In this document: positions 1 to 9,236 of the stretch, piece by piece | How the letters are laid out: each line of letters starts with the position of its first letter | Numbering within the stretch: the first letter of the stretch is position 1 | Notes under the pieces: generated by a model | Told to the model about the DNA's origin: nothing | What the model saw: only the letters and a program-made list of their open reading frames with translations | Databases searched by the model: none | Position numbers and translations under genes: made by a program | IMG/VR virus record: IMGVR_UViG_3300042140_000371 | Location: 1 to 40,665 of that record | Source of the DNA: a virus | Taxonomy: Duplodnaviria > Caudoviricetes | Direction: 5' to 3' (one strand) | Length of the DNA stretch: 40,665 nucleotides

Positions 1-102
1 AGGGGTTGGTGTAGGGGTTGGGGTAGGGGTTGGTGTAGGGGTTGGTGTAGGGGTCGGTGTAGGTGTTGGTGTAGGGGTCGGTGTAGGTGTTGGTGTAGGG
101 GT
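1..102 (-). repeat. Degenerate 12-bp tandem repeat encoding a Pro-Thr linker
   Basis: Plus strand units like GTAGGGGTTGGT; in frame with the 1..1794 ORF as TPTPTP... Confidence 0.95.
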
Positions 103-1794
103 CAGTGTGTCTGAGCTTACAATAGTTACGCTTGAAGATTCAACCCAATACCGATTAGAATTAAAAAAGTTATGTGTTTGATTAATAATAGAATCGTAGG
201 GGTTTCCATAAAGTTCCAGCGTGTAGTCATACTTAAAATCAAAATAGCGATCCGTTCCAGAAGATACGGCCCCTTTTCTTGCCCGTTTCCAAGCTGAATA
301 TCTGATAAAAACCCTGACATTTTCAATTGGCCCACCGTAATAAGAATCTGAGTTAAAATCTATAAAAAATGGGCCCGCAAAAGGAGTTGGCGGGTCGGCG
401 TCAACCGTACCAAATGAAGGGCTGTAATACATGTTTTGGTTGCCGCCAATAATATCAAAGGTAACATTGACGTGTTTTAAGCCGATTCCTGCCCATTGAT
501 GCAAGTTTCCAGAGTTCCAGCCTTGGTCATCAAAAAGAACCGGGTCATTGCTTCCATCTGCTTTTTTTACCTGAGCGTGAAGTCTTCCGGGAATGTTGTA
601 ATAATTTTCCAAAGGGCCAAAATAATAGCCGCTGGCGGCGTCAAAAGTCAAAGTGGTTTCAATATTGCCAAGATTGATGTCGCCTACCTCGGTGACAAAT
701 TTTGCGTTGGCCATCGTAAGCGTCAAAGTTGGCGGCATGACCAGGTCAAAGGGTTCAGGCGGCGGGCAACAAGGTACGTCGCTAACATTTTGTGCGCCTA
801 ATTCGCTGCACTCTGATATGATGTAATTCTTAAAAATCCAGTTCACCCGGAATGAGGTTGTGTAAAGAGGGATGATCGGATTGGTTTCATTAATTGCGTT
901 TTCCAGTGTCGGATAAAGAATCATGGATAGCGCTTGAACAACTGGGGGCGTGTCTTCGGACAATACAAAAGTTTTTCCGCCGTTGTCGTTTCCCTCGTTG
1001 ATGAAATAAAATTTGCTGTTGGATAAAAAGGCGTACAAAGTCCAGGAACCACTGGCAACGGTGTAAACGCCGTTATTATCTAAAGACTGGTTTTTAACTA
1101 GAATTTTATCCCCTGCAATCAACGCCACGCCGTCAATTGTTTGCAGCCCGCTCAATGTAATGTTTGTGGTGGTTGCTGCTCGGATTGAAAATAGATACGT
1201 TCGCTTGATAGTTCCAATGTTCTTAAAACGCAAAAAGTAATTGGTTTTTTCTTGAAGCTCGACGCAATTTTCAGAAATGATGTCAAATAATACCGGGCTT
1301 GTTTCCAGATAAAAATAAAAATCTACTTTTGCGACGGCCCATTTCCCTGCGTAAGTGTTTCCGTTGGTTATTTTTGCATATTTTCCGTTGCTAATATTTT
1401 CCGACGCTAATCCAAAATACGAATAAGCAGAGCGATACCAGGCGCCGGCAGTAACGTAATAAATGCCGTTTTGGCTAGGAGTTGTTTGATTTTTAACTAG
1501 AACCCTGTTTCCTGCCACGACGGCCACGCCGTCAATGGTTTGCTCGCCGCTTAACGTAATGTTTGCGGTTGTGGCGGCAAAACAAGGCAAAAATTTTTCG
1601 GGCAAATGTGAAACAATTACCTGATTGACATTTGCCGCCGTTAAGGCTGAAGTGTTAAGCGTGCTTATGCTGTATCCGCTAGTAAAATGAAAAGGGTCAG
1701 TTAAAAAAGCGCTGCCGCCAAGATCGCCTGTTTCTCGCCGTCCGACAATTGCATTTCCAAAATAGTTGTATTCGCTTAATGGCTTTAATTCCAT
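1..1794 (-). CDS. Tail fibre / receptor-binding-like protein, 3' partial (absent from ORF track)
   Basis: ATG at 1794 overlaps the upstream stop (TAATG); frame open for 598 codons to the window edge (MELKPLSEYNYFGNAIVGRR...); two TxNITLSGxQTIDGVAxxAGxxxLVKNQ domains; ends in a (PT)n linker. Confidence 0.8.
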   Translation of the reverse strand, partial: MELKPLSEYNYFGNAIVGRRETGDLGGSAFLTDPFHFTSGYSISTLNTSALTAANVNQVIVSHLPEKFLPCFAATTANITLSGEQTIDGVAVVAGNRVLVKNQTTPSQNGIYYVTAGAWYRSAYSYFGLASENISNGKYAKITNGNTYAGKWAVAKVDFYFYLETSPVLFDIISENCVELQEKTNYFLRFKNIGTIKRTYLFSIRAATTTNITLSGLQTIDGVALIAGDKILVKNQSLDNNGVYTVASGSWTLYAFLSNSKFYFINEGNDNGGKTFVLSEDTPPVVQALSMILYPTLENAINETNPIIPLYTTSFRVNWIFKNYIISECSELGAQNVSDVPCCPPPEPFDLVMPPTLTLTMANAKFVTEVGDINLGNIETTLTFDAASGYYFGPLENYYNIPGRLHAQVKKADGSNDPVLFDDQGWNSGNLHQWAGIGLKHVNVTFDIIGGNQNMYYSPSFGTVDADPPTPFAGPFFIDFNSDSYYGGPIENVRVFIRYSAWKRARKGAVSSGTDRYFDFKYDYTLELYGNPYDSIINQTHNFFNSNRYWVESSSVTIVSSDTLTPTPTPTPTPTPTPTPTPTPTPTPTPTPTPTPTP

Positions 1795-2828
1795 TATGCA
1801 CCTTCCAGCGCCACGACCCTAGCCGTAAGGTCGGCGATGGCGTCCTGCATGGCCTGAATGTCTACGGCCGCAAATTCGACTGCCGTAGCTCCGGCGTTGA
1901 CCTTCAAGAACTTTCCCGCTGCGCCGGTAAATGCTGCTGGAAAATCAGTAGCCCCCGTGAGCGTCAGAGAGCGCCAGCCCTTTGCGCCCGTGGTGGCGTG
2001 CGTGGCGTAGTATTTGCTGTTTCCAGGCGTGGCCGTGTCGTTGACCAGCTTGAGCGCCGACCATGCCGGGGAATTAGGATTGCCGCCGCCGGTCAGGCTG
2101 TTGGTCGTGGTCACGTTGTTGGCTGAAAAAACCACCGAAGCATTGTTGCTTCCGACTGTGAGGGAATAATAGGTGCTGGACGTGCCATAGGTTGCCGGGG
2201 AATCGCTCAGAGCAATGAAGGTGGTGTAAGTCGGCCCTTCCCCGATAGCACCAAATTCCAGCGCCGTGGCCGTGTCGTTGACCTTGACCACCCGGCCCTG
2301 ATTGCCCAGGTAGCTTGAAGGGGTAACATCGGAAAGCGCAAGGAATTGCCGGATTACGGCGTTATCGTAATCTGCCCCCGAAAGGGTAACTGTTGAGACT
2401 TCAATCCCAGTAGGTGTGCAAATAACGTCTGTGACGACCTCGATTGTGGCGGAACCACTGGACCCACTGCCGGCGGCGGCGGCCCCTGCCGAGCCGATAA
2501 TCTCGTAGACGCATTGCCCGGTGTCGTTGGTGCTGCGTAAGCGCATGTAGACTAGCCCGGTGGCCGTGGCCGTGGCCGTGGTTCCGGTGGTCAGGGCAGG
2601 CAAATAGGCGGGGTTGGCGGTGCCGTCCCCAATAACGGACGGGTTGGCGTCCTCGTAGGTTTTGCCATCTTTCTTGGGGACTTTCTTCTTCCATTTATGG
2701 ATCACCGGCGACGAACCCGTAACGGTGCCCGTGATCTCCGCCACGAACCATTGCGGCGTCGATACGGCAATCTCGCCGCCGGCGCCGTCGTAGTTAATGA
2801 CTATGCCCTCGCCTGCTCGTAAGGTCAT
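1794..2828 (-). CDS. Tail fibre-like structural protein
   Basis: Thr/Ala/Gly-rich; internal repeats (ALSDVTPSSY..VVKVNDTATALEF, ALSDSPATY, TDFPAAF..FLKVNAGATAVEF); C-terminal coiled coil IADLTARVVALE; lies in tail module. Confidence 0.7.
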   Translation of the reverse strand: MTLRAGEGIVINYDGAGGEIAVSTPQWFVAEITGTVTGSSPVIHKWKKKVPKKDGKTYEDANPSVIGDGTANPAYLPALTTGTTATATATGLVYMRLRSTNDTGQCVYEIIGSAGAAAAGSGSSGSATIEVVTDVICTPTGIEVSTVTLSGADYDNAVIRQFLALSDVTPSSYLGNQGRVVKVNDTATALEFGAIGEGPTYTTFIALSDSPATYGTSSTYYSLTVGSNNASVVFSANNVTTTNSLTGGGNPNSPAWSALKLVNDTATPGNSKYYATHATTGAKGWRSLTLTGATDFPAAFTGAAGKFLKVNAGATAVEFAAVDIQAMQDAIADLTARVVALEGA

Positions 2829-2830
2829 GA

Positions 2831-3019
2831 TTATACCTGTGCATCAAAGTAGATTTTAAGTAACCGTTTTAGCTGAGTAATTTTTTGACCTATGTCACTA
2901 CCATCTGAGAAAAAATCGCTGTCATTGATCACCTTTTTTTTATTTCTGGTCACAAAGGTGACATTAAAGCCTGGTGTGTTGCTCTCTGTGCTGATGCTTT
3001 CGTTTATAAGTATTTCCAT
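2831..3019 (-). CDS. Small hypothetical protein, possibly a fibre-associated chaperone
   Basis: 62-aa AT-rich ORF packed between two fibre genes. Confidence 0.6.
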   Translation of the reverse strand: MEILINESISTESNTPGFNVTFVTRNKKKVINDSDFFSDGSDIGQKITQLKRLLKIYFDAQV

Positions 3020-3027
3020 GATGTTTC

Positions 3028-3954
3028 CTATGTTTTAATGATGTAATTTAGAACAACGCAAGGTGGAATTGTGGCGTGTCTGCCGTCTGATCCATTACTG
3101 GTAATACTATGGGAATGATCTGCTTGCGTGCTAATTGTTAGCCCTGCCCCTGCTGAACCCTGCCACACTGTGCCAGGATAAGGGTCATATCGATCGCCAC
3201 CAGTGCCCCTATAAGTTAAAACTTCTTTGGAAAGCGTGTGGCTATGGCTTCCAGCATTTCCAGTAGATCCACCATGATTATGACTCGGCATGTTAGTTGT
3301 CGTCAACTGATGTGTTTCTTCCCCTAGCCATTGTCCCCTTGTTCGTGCTGTCTGTGCTGTACCAGATGGTGCGCCTGTGCCAGATGAGTTTAAACCAACA
3401 CCTGTTCCGGCCCCCATTGGAAGCCTGCCCCTGAGGTCAGGCAAGGTAAAATTTAGGCCTGCTGCCCCTGTGTATGCAGATCCGCCATAGGTATTACTGA
3501 TGACAGCATGAAGTGCTAAGTAGGTAGAACTTGAAACACTGCTGCCATCACACAAAAGATATCCAGTAGGTGCGCTGGCCCCTGCGTATGGCATGAGCGA
3601 GCCTGTCGGCACAGATGCGCTTGCCGCCGGTGCGGTGCTTTGCCACGTTGTGCCGTTGCTAGTAAGTAGGTTGCCAGAAGTTCCAGGCGCAACAAAAGTA
3701 GGCGAGCTGGTGCCGTTTCCAAGGATCACATTGTTTGCGGTGAGAGTCGTTGCTCCTGTACCACCATTGGAAACGCTAAGGGTGCCGGTGTGGTCGCTGT
3801 GTGCTAAAGATGACACTAAAATTTGTGCCGTGCCGGCGGCGTTGGTTAACCATATTTTTCCATCGGCTGCGTTGATTGATATTTCCCCGGCTGTTACGGC
3901 GGCGGGTACGGCGGCGGCGGTGTAGCTGCGCTTTGGCTTGATCGGGTTTGGCAT
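3028..3954 (-). CDS. Tail fibre protein with phage tail collar domain
   Basis: VPTGSLMPYAGASAPTGYLLCDG...TYGG...FTLPDLRGRLPMGAG and terminal PPCVVLNYIIK are the collar signature; N-terminal IKPKRS...GEISIN resembles Mtd-N-type domains. Confidence 0.85.
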   Translation of the reverse strand: MPNPIKPKRSYTAAAVPAAVTAGEISINAADGKIWLTNAAGTAQILVSSLAHSDHTGTLSVSNGGTGATTLTANNVILGNGTSSPTFVAPGTSGNLLTSNGTTWQSTAPAASASVPTGSLMPYAGASAPTGYLLCDGSSVSSSTYLALHAVISNTYGGSAYTGAAGLNFTLPDLRGRLPMGAGTGVGLNSSGTGAPSGTAQTARTRGQWLGEETHQLTTTNMPSHNHGGSTGNAGSHSHTLSKEVLTYRGTGGDRYDPYPGTVWQGSAGAGLTISTQADHSHSITSNGSDGRHATIPPCVVLNYIIKT

Positions 3955-3956
3955 GC

Positions 3957-5045
3957 CTAGAACGTGCCCCCGTCCACGGTGCTGCTGCTGCTAAGGTAGT
4001 CGGTGCCTGCCGTCGCCGCTGTTAAGCTAGTGCCGGATTTTTTGAAAATACTGCCGTCACTGGCTGCGCTTAAGTCGCCGCCGGTGCCGCCCTTGGCTAA
4101 ACTTATTGCCGTGGCCGACCATGTGCCGGTGGTGATTGTTCCCAGGGTAGTGATTGCCGTTTGGCCTGCCCAGGTTGATTTAATGGTTAGGTTGCTGCTG
4201 CCGTCGGTGGTGATGCTGGTGCCGTCCACATTGACGTTTAAAGTCGTGCCGCTAAAGCTTAAGCCGGTGCCGGCGGTAATAGCGCCTGACGATGAAAACA
4301 GGGTGAAGGTCAACGACGTTGTTCCCAGGACGATAGGGTTGGCCGTGGTTAAAACGTAGCCACGCCCGGCGTTTACGGTGCCTTCTTCGATGAAGGTAAA
4401 GGCGCCGCTATTAAATTCGGTGCTTGTGTCGCTGTCGGCGCTACGTGTCCATCCGCCTGACGCAACGTCGTAAATGCCGTTATTTGACGCCGTGGTTTGA
4501 TTTTTGACTAATACCCTATCGCCGACAATAACGGCCACGCCGTCAATCGTTTGCGTGCCACTTAGGGTAATATTGGCGGTGGTTGAAACTCGGCACGATG
4601 CTTTAACATCAAGGCCGCTGCGGGCTGCGTCTACGTAGGCTTTGGTTGCGGCGTCCTGGGCGCTGGTGGGGTCTGCAAGATTGGTTATTTTGTTGCTATT
4701 TAGGCTTATGTTTGCCGTGGGAACTGCGAACTCATCCAGGCGTTTTTCAAGCACGTAGGTACTTATGCCTGTGCCGGAAACGGTGCCAGTTAATACGGTG
4801 GCGCTGGTGAATGTGTTGGTCGTGCCCGAAAAAGTTTGCGTGCCGGTTAGGCTGGCAAAGGCGCCTGGGCCGGCCAATGCCACAACGCTGGACGCCACGC
4901 CGCTGCCTGCGTCGCCGTAGCCGTAATAAAGTACGCTGCTGCCGCTGCCGCCTGTTTCGTTTACGGCAAGCTCGCCGTTCATAAGGCTGCTGGGGGCCCC
5001 GGCGCCGCCGCTGTTTCTGCGTTTGATTCTGATTACGTTTGCCAT
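3957..5045 (-). CDS. Tail fibre / virion structural protein
   Basis: N-terminal IRIKRR...GELAVNE; KITNLADPTSAQDAATKAYVD; TTANITLSGTQTIDGV...DRVLVKNQT domain; C-terminal DGGTF. Confidence 0.8.
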   Translation of the reverse strand: MANVIRIKRRNSGGAGAPSSLMNGELAVNETGGSGSSVLYYGYGDAGSGVASSVVALAGPGAFASLTGTQTFSGTTNTFTSATVLTGTVSGTGISTYVLEKRLDEFAVPTANISLNSNKITNLADPTSAQDAATKAYVDAARSGLDVKASCRVSTTANITLSGTQTIDGVAVIVGDRVLVKNQTTASNNGIYDVASGGWTRSADSDTSTEFNSGAFTFIEEGTVNAGRGYVLTTANPIVLGTTSLTFTLFSSSGAITAGTGLSFSGTTLNVNVDGTSITTDGSSNLTIKSTWAGQTAITTLGTITTGTWSATAISLAKGGTGGDLSAASDGSIFKKSGTSLTAATAGTDYLSSSSTVDGGTF

Positions 5046-5056
5046 GGTTTTTTCCT

Positions 5057-5461
5057 TTAAAAGTTGCCGCCGTCTAGGTAGTTGCTGTTAACCCATTGCG
5101 CCAGTGCGCTGTTAAATTTTAATAGCTGGCCGTCTTGAATGTTGACTATGAGTACGTCGTTAAGTTCATCAATTAGCCCATTAACGCCGCCCGGTGGGCC
5201 GGCTGGCCCTGGGGGCCCTTGCACGCCTCTGGCCGACGCTGTAACCTGCGTGACAAGTTGTTGCACCTCGACGATGCGCCCGCCTTTTTCCACGACGACA
5301 AAATTGGGGTAATCTTTGATTGCTCTTGCCTGCGGGGCGGTGTCCTCGGGCATGGCGCTGATAATAAAGGCTTGCGTGTTTTGGTCGTTGACCTGCACGG
5401 CCCCGGCGCCGGCCGTAACCGTAACGGTTTGGCCAATGTCTGCTATGCGGTTAGTGCTCAT
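5057..5461 (-). CDS. Small virion structural protein with short collagen-like stretch
   Basis: GVQGPPGPAGPPG; LNDV..QDGQLLKFN..QWVN; C-terminal DGGNF. Confidence 0.7.
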   Translation of the reverse strand: MSTNRIADIGQTVTVTAGAGAVQVNDQNTQAFIISAMPEDTAPQARAIKDYPNFVVVEKGGRIVEVQQLVTQVTASARGVQGPPGPAGPPGGVNGLIDELNDVLIVNIQDGQLLKFNSALAQWVNSNYLDGGNF

Positions 5462-5811
5462 CGGGTGACCCCTGCCCGGACCGTGAAGGTGCCATAAAGC
5501 GGTTTGTTGATTGTGCTGCCGCTGATTAAGATAAGGTCATACACGTAGTTGCCGGCGGCGATGGCTGCCGTGTCGGTGGCGCTGATGAACAAGCTGATGG
5601 TCCCGGTGGCCCCGCCCAGGGTAATGCCGCCGTTTTCGGTTGTAAGTTCTGTGATTACTACGGCGCTGGTTGCGGTGTTTCTTAACTGCATTTTTGCGGT
5701 GAAGCCGGTCAGATTGATCAGCCCGGCGGCGGCGTCCCGTAGGATGACAACCCGTTCATAGGTTGCCCCCTGGTCGCAAATGGTGTCGTATCGGCCGGCT
5801 GGTGCGCTCAT
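5458..5811 (-). CDS. Beta-sandwich tail/fibre adaptor-like protein (BppU N-terminal-like)
   Basis: DQGATY...NLTGFTAKMQLR...GTISLFISATDTAAI..GNYVYDL...GTFTV pattern typical of this phage structural family. Confidence 0.7.
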   Translation of the reverse strand: MSAPAGRYDTICDQGATYERVVILRDAAAGLINLTGFTAKMQLRNTATSAVVITELTTENGGITLGGATGTISLFISATDTAAIAAGNYVYDLILISGSTINKPLYGTFTVRAGVTR

Positions 5812-5826
5812 AATTACCCCTTTCTA

Positions 5827-5836
5827 ATAAATGACC
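5827..5836 (-). promoter_or_regulatory. GGTCATTTAT motif, candidate late promoter
   Basis: Exact copy, intergenic, 15 nt upstream of ATG 5811. Confidence 0.7.
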
Positions 5837-5837
5837 T

Positions 5838-6857
5838 TTAGGACGGGGTAAAAAGTAGCTGGAAGGGGTAGCTTTTGTAAGGCGGAATGCCCTCGGTGGC
5901 GCTGGTGTTGGACGGGCCGACGGTGGCGTAATAGTGTTTCATGTCCTTGAACCAGGGGAAGGTGTTATGGCCGGCGGCGACGTGGTTTGCGTTGCTGGGG
6001 CTGACGCCCTGCCCGCCCAATTCGGGCTCAAGGTAAAGGAAACTAAATTCAATATTCACGATTTTGGCGGCGCTGGGCAGGGTGCTGCCGGTGTCCTCGT
6101 CGATGACCATTTCGGGAAACGGTTCGGGCATGGGCCGGGTCGTGGTCCAGCCCTGAAATAACAGGGTGCCGCTGTGGTAGCCGAAAAATTCCGTCTGGTT
6201 GATTTTGCCCAAACCATTGAAGATGTTTTCGCCCTCGGCCACGGTGAAAGGCACGTGGTGCCAGGTCAGGGTGATATTTTTGGATTTTTTGAGCAGGCGA
6301 ACCTGTCCTGGGAAATTGGGGGCGGTGGCTTCTCCGGTGCCGGCCATGCGGTAAACGCCGTGCTGGGCCGTCAAGTATTCGACGCTGGTTTTGCTTTGAA
6401 ACTCCACAAAGCGCCACGATTCAGCGGCCACGTTTTTTGTTACGGTGCCGCCGTCGTCGTCGTAATACGTTATTGCCTCCACACTGATTGACTCATCTTT
6501 GTAAAGGGCATAGGGCCGGGGCGCAAATTCCAGCACCACCTTGGCATACTGATATGCTGCATATTCGGGCAACGGGTCGGCTTCCAGTTCCTCGATGGCG
6601 TCGGCTTTTTCCACGAATTGATAGCCCTCGATAGTGGCGATGGATGAAACGAATAGCCACGGAAAAACGGGGTGCGCCAGCGGAAGATTGCGGGCCAATT
6701 TTCCGTTTTTGACGCCGACGCTTCCCAAGGCGCTGCGGCAAAATTCCTCGACCTCGTCCCAGGGCATTTGGTATTCGATGGTGGCCTTTCCGCCTTCCAT
6801 GGAAAAGCCGGCCGAGGATTTTGCGATACTGCCTACACGTTCTTGATATTCTGCCAT
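5838..6857 (-). CDS. Putative tail tip / hub protein
   Basis: 339-aa aromatic, beta-rich ORF immediately downstream of tape measure; function from position only. Confidence 0.55.
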   Translation of the reverse strand: MAEYQERVGSIAKSSAGFSMEGGKATIEYQMPWDEVEEFCRSALGSVGVKNGKLARNLPLAHPVFPWLFVSSIATIEGYQFVEKADAIEELEADPLPEYAAYQYAKVVLEFAPRPYALYKDESISVEAITYYDDDGGTVTKNVAAESWRFVEFQSKTSVEYLTAQHGVYRMAGTGEATAPNFPGQVRLLKKSKNITLTWHHVPFTVAEGENIFNGLGKINQTEFFGYHSGTLLFQGWTTTRPMPEPFPEMVIDEDTGSTLPSAAKIVNIEFSFLYLEPELGGQGVSPSNANHVAAGHNTFPWFKDMKHYYATVGPSNTSATEGIPPYKSYPFQLLFTPS

Positions 6858-6872
6858 GGTGGCGCCTCTCTG

Positions 6873-9236
6873 TTATCCGAATAGCATGCCGCCGATAAAA
6901 TTGCCGATGGCCTCGCCGGGCCGTTTCAGCGGGTTATAGTCGTAAGCCGTTTGCGCTGCGCCTTTGGCCGTTTCCTTGACGGCGTCCTTGCCTGCCTGCA
7001 AGATGGCGCTGACGATGATCTGCTTTAAATCCATCTGCGCCAGCCCGCTGATGTCCTCGCTGATTGTGGCCAGAAAATCATCGGTTTTCTTGGGCGCATC
7101 CGGCACGGCGGTCGCCGTAAACGACGCTTGGGCGATGTTTTTGCCAAAGCTCTCGGCGCTTTGGAATTGACTCATGGTCGGGGCTGCCTGGCCGGTGCTG
7201 TCGCTGCGGGTGGTGGCGCCCTTGTTGCCGGCGATTTTCTGCATGTTGGCGATAAACTGCGTGGCCCCAAACATCTTGGCCACTAAGACCGCCACGCTGA
7301 TTGCCGCCCGCATGATCCATTTGGAAAAGTCCACGATGGCATCGACGGCGCTTTGGACGAGGCCGTCTAGGCCGTCAAAGGTGCCTAAGAATCCAGCCAA
7401 AAGCACGGTCATGGCCTCAAGCACGGCGGTGACTATTTTGGCAAGGCCGGCTAGGACGATGTACAGGCTTTTAGTTACTGGCATAAGCAATTGCCCGATC
7501 ATTGCGGCAATCCGTACCATGCTGATGAACATGTCGCCAAACGCTCGGGCGATCATGGTGATGAACGGGGTTATCGCCTCATAAAGCGGGGCCATGAGGT
7601 CGCCAAGTTCCCTGACGACCTGGGTGGCGATGGCCAAAGCGGGCGCCAAGGCTTTGCCAATGATGGCGCTGACGTCGGTCATGGCCCGGTTGAATTGCAT
7701 TACGGTGGCGGGGTTGACCACCTGCACAAAGCCAATCATCATTTGCGTGAGGTCTTGAAACGCTCCAAGTGGATCGCTAAAGGCCTTGGTGAGCATGCCG
7801 GCGCCGGCCATGACCTTTTTACCAACCTCCTGAAAAGGTGCGGCGACGCCGCTGCCGACTAGCTGGGCACTTTTTTGGGCACCGTCAACGATTTTGTGGG
7901 CCCCCGCAATCATGGCTTGATTCATCCCAGTCGCAAGTTTGGCTAGGGTGATCAAGATGGCGACACGGGGATCGTTTAATTTTGGCCCTTTGGGGCCGCC
8001 GGCGGTTGGGGTGGGTGATGGCTTGGGTTTCCCGGCGGGCGATGGCATCAAACTAGGCTTGCCCTTGCCGGCGTTTGGCTTGCCTTGTTGCTGCGGCCTT
8101 TGTTGCTGCGGCTTTTGTTGTTGCTGTTCTTGCTGAGGTTTTTCTTGCTGCGATTGGCCGCCGGTGGTCACGTTCACGACGCCGTTGGCGATGTTGATGA
8201 TGGCATTTTGCAAGTTTTGCGCCGTTTCCTGGGCGTTGGCGTTTTTTTCTTGAGTGTCGTTGTTTTTGCCTGCTGGCTTGCGCTTGCGTTCATCGGCGGC
8301 GCCGATCAATCGGGCAAACACGTTGGTCCAGGTAAGAAGCTGCTTGCCTGATTCTCCTTGGGCGTTTTTGCTTTTGGTGGCTGCTGAATTGGGCTGTGGC
8401 TTGGATTGCGGTTTTGGGATTGCCGGCGTTGCCGATGCTGGTTGTGCTATCGGGGTTGCTTGGGCGGGTTCTGGTTTTGAAGTGGTTTCGGTTTCTGGCG
8501 TTGATGCTGAGGCTGGTTTAGAGTTGGCGGTTGCGGCCTCCGGAGGCATCATAAATTTTCCTTCGAGCAAGGCGTTGGCAATCTTGAACGACGCCGTGGG
8601 CACGGTGACCTTGACTGAATTGGTATCGACGTTCATGGATTTGACTAAAGTCGGCTCATCGGCCTTGGGCTCGGCTTTTTTTTTGGGCGCCGGCGGGGCA
8701 GGCATTTTTACCGATGCGTAGTCAATTCCAATGCTAGCGTCCTCAATCGTCAAAGCGCCTTTGGGAAGCGGGGTGTCATCTTGGGGTTGGGCTTGTGGCG
8801 TGGGCGGCGTGGGCGCTGCCGTGGGGGTGGCTTCCGGCTTAGGCGGCGTGGGCGCTGCCGTGGGGGTGGCTTCCGGCTTAGGCGGCGTGGGCGGGCCGTC
8901 AAAAAATCCGTCGTATTTCGGGTCATTCAGCCGGTTGCCGCTGGGCGTTGTCGCCGGGGTTGGCGTGCTGGCGGTGGGCGGGTGAATGGTGCTGAACGTC
9001 GCTAAAACTTGTTTTAGCGGCTTAAAAGCATTGGCAAGGTCATTGAATAGTTTTTGCGTGGCTTTGACCAGGTTTTTGCCGCCGGTCTGGTCGACTGCCC
9101 TGCCGGTGTTGCCGCCGCTGGGCCCGCCTGGGCCGGTCCTGCCTAGTACGTCTACTAGCTCTTTTAGGGTCGTTAAAAATCGAACTAGGTGGTCGCCGCC
9201 GCCGGTGTCGTTGCCTGTAGGTAAATCAAGTTCCAT
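6873..9236 (-). CDS. Tape measure protein
   Basis: Follows the frameshifted chaperone pair; Ala/Met/Ile-rich amphipathic and hydrophobic C-terminal half; Pro/Gln-rich N-terminal half. Confidence 0.8.
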   Translation of the reverse strand: MELDLPTGNDTGGGDHLVRFLTTLKELVDVLGRTGPGGPSGGNTGRAVDQTGGKNLVKATQKLFNDLANAFKPLKQVLATFSTIHPPTASTPTPATTPSGNRLNDPKYDGFFDGPPTPPKPEATPTAAPTPPKPEATPTAAPTPPTPQAQPQDDTPLPKGALTIEDASIGIDYASVKMPAPPAPKKKAEPKADEPTLVKSMNVDTNSVKVTVPTASFKIANALLEGKFMMPPEAATANSKPASASTPETETTSKPEPAQATPIAQPASATPAIPKPQSKPQPNSAATKSKNAQGESGKQLLTWTNVFARLIGAADERKRKPAGKNNDTQEKNANAQETAQNLQNAIINIANGVVNVTTGGQSQQEKPQQEQQQQKPQQQRPQQQGKPNAGKGKPSLMPSPAGKPKPSPTPTAGGPKGPKLNDPRVAILITLAKLATGMNQAMIAGAHKIVDGAQKSAQLVGSGVAAPFQEVGKKVMAGAGMLTKAFSDPLGAFQDLTQMMIGFVQVVNPATVMQFNRAMTDVSAIIGKALAPALAIATQVVRELGDLMAPLYEAITPFITMIARAFGDMFISMVRIAAMIGQLLMPVTKSLYIVLAGLAKIVTAVLEAMTVLLAGFLGTFDGLDGLVQSAVDAIVDFSKWIMRAAISVAVLVAKMFGATQFIANMQKIAGNKGATTRSDSTGQAAPTMSQFQSAESFGKNIAQASFTATAVPDAPKKTDDFLATISEDISGLAQMDLKQIIVSAILQAGKDAVKETAKGAAQTAYDYNPLKRPGEAIGNFIGGMLFG
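8803..8893. repeat. 39-bp tandem repeat (2 full copies + partial) in tape measure gene
   Basis: GGCGGCGTGGGCGCTGCCGTGGGGGTGGCTTCCGGCTTA at 8803 and 8842, partial at 8881; encodes KPEATPTAAPTPP. Confidence 0.95.

Noticed and set aside
1-102. CRISPR array or telomere-like end
   Set aside because: No spacers; the repeat is in frame as a Pro-Thr linker with synonymous variation
1050-4590. Diversity-generating retroelement (TR/VR) among the three similar tail-domain repeats
   Set aside because: No reverse transcriptase seen; all copies are coding, and the two compared codon by codon differ largely at third positions involving all bases, not specifically adenines
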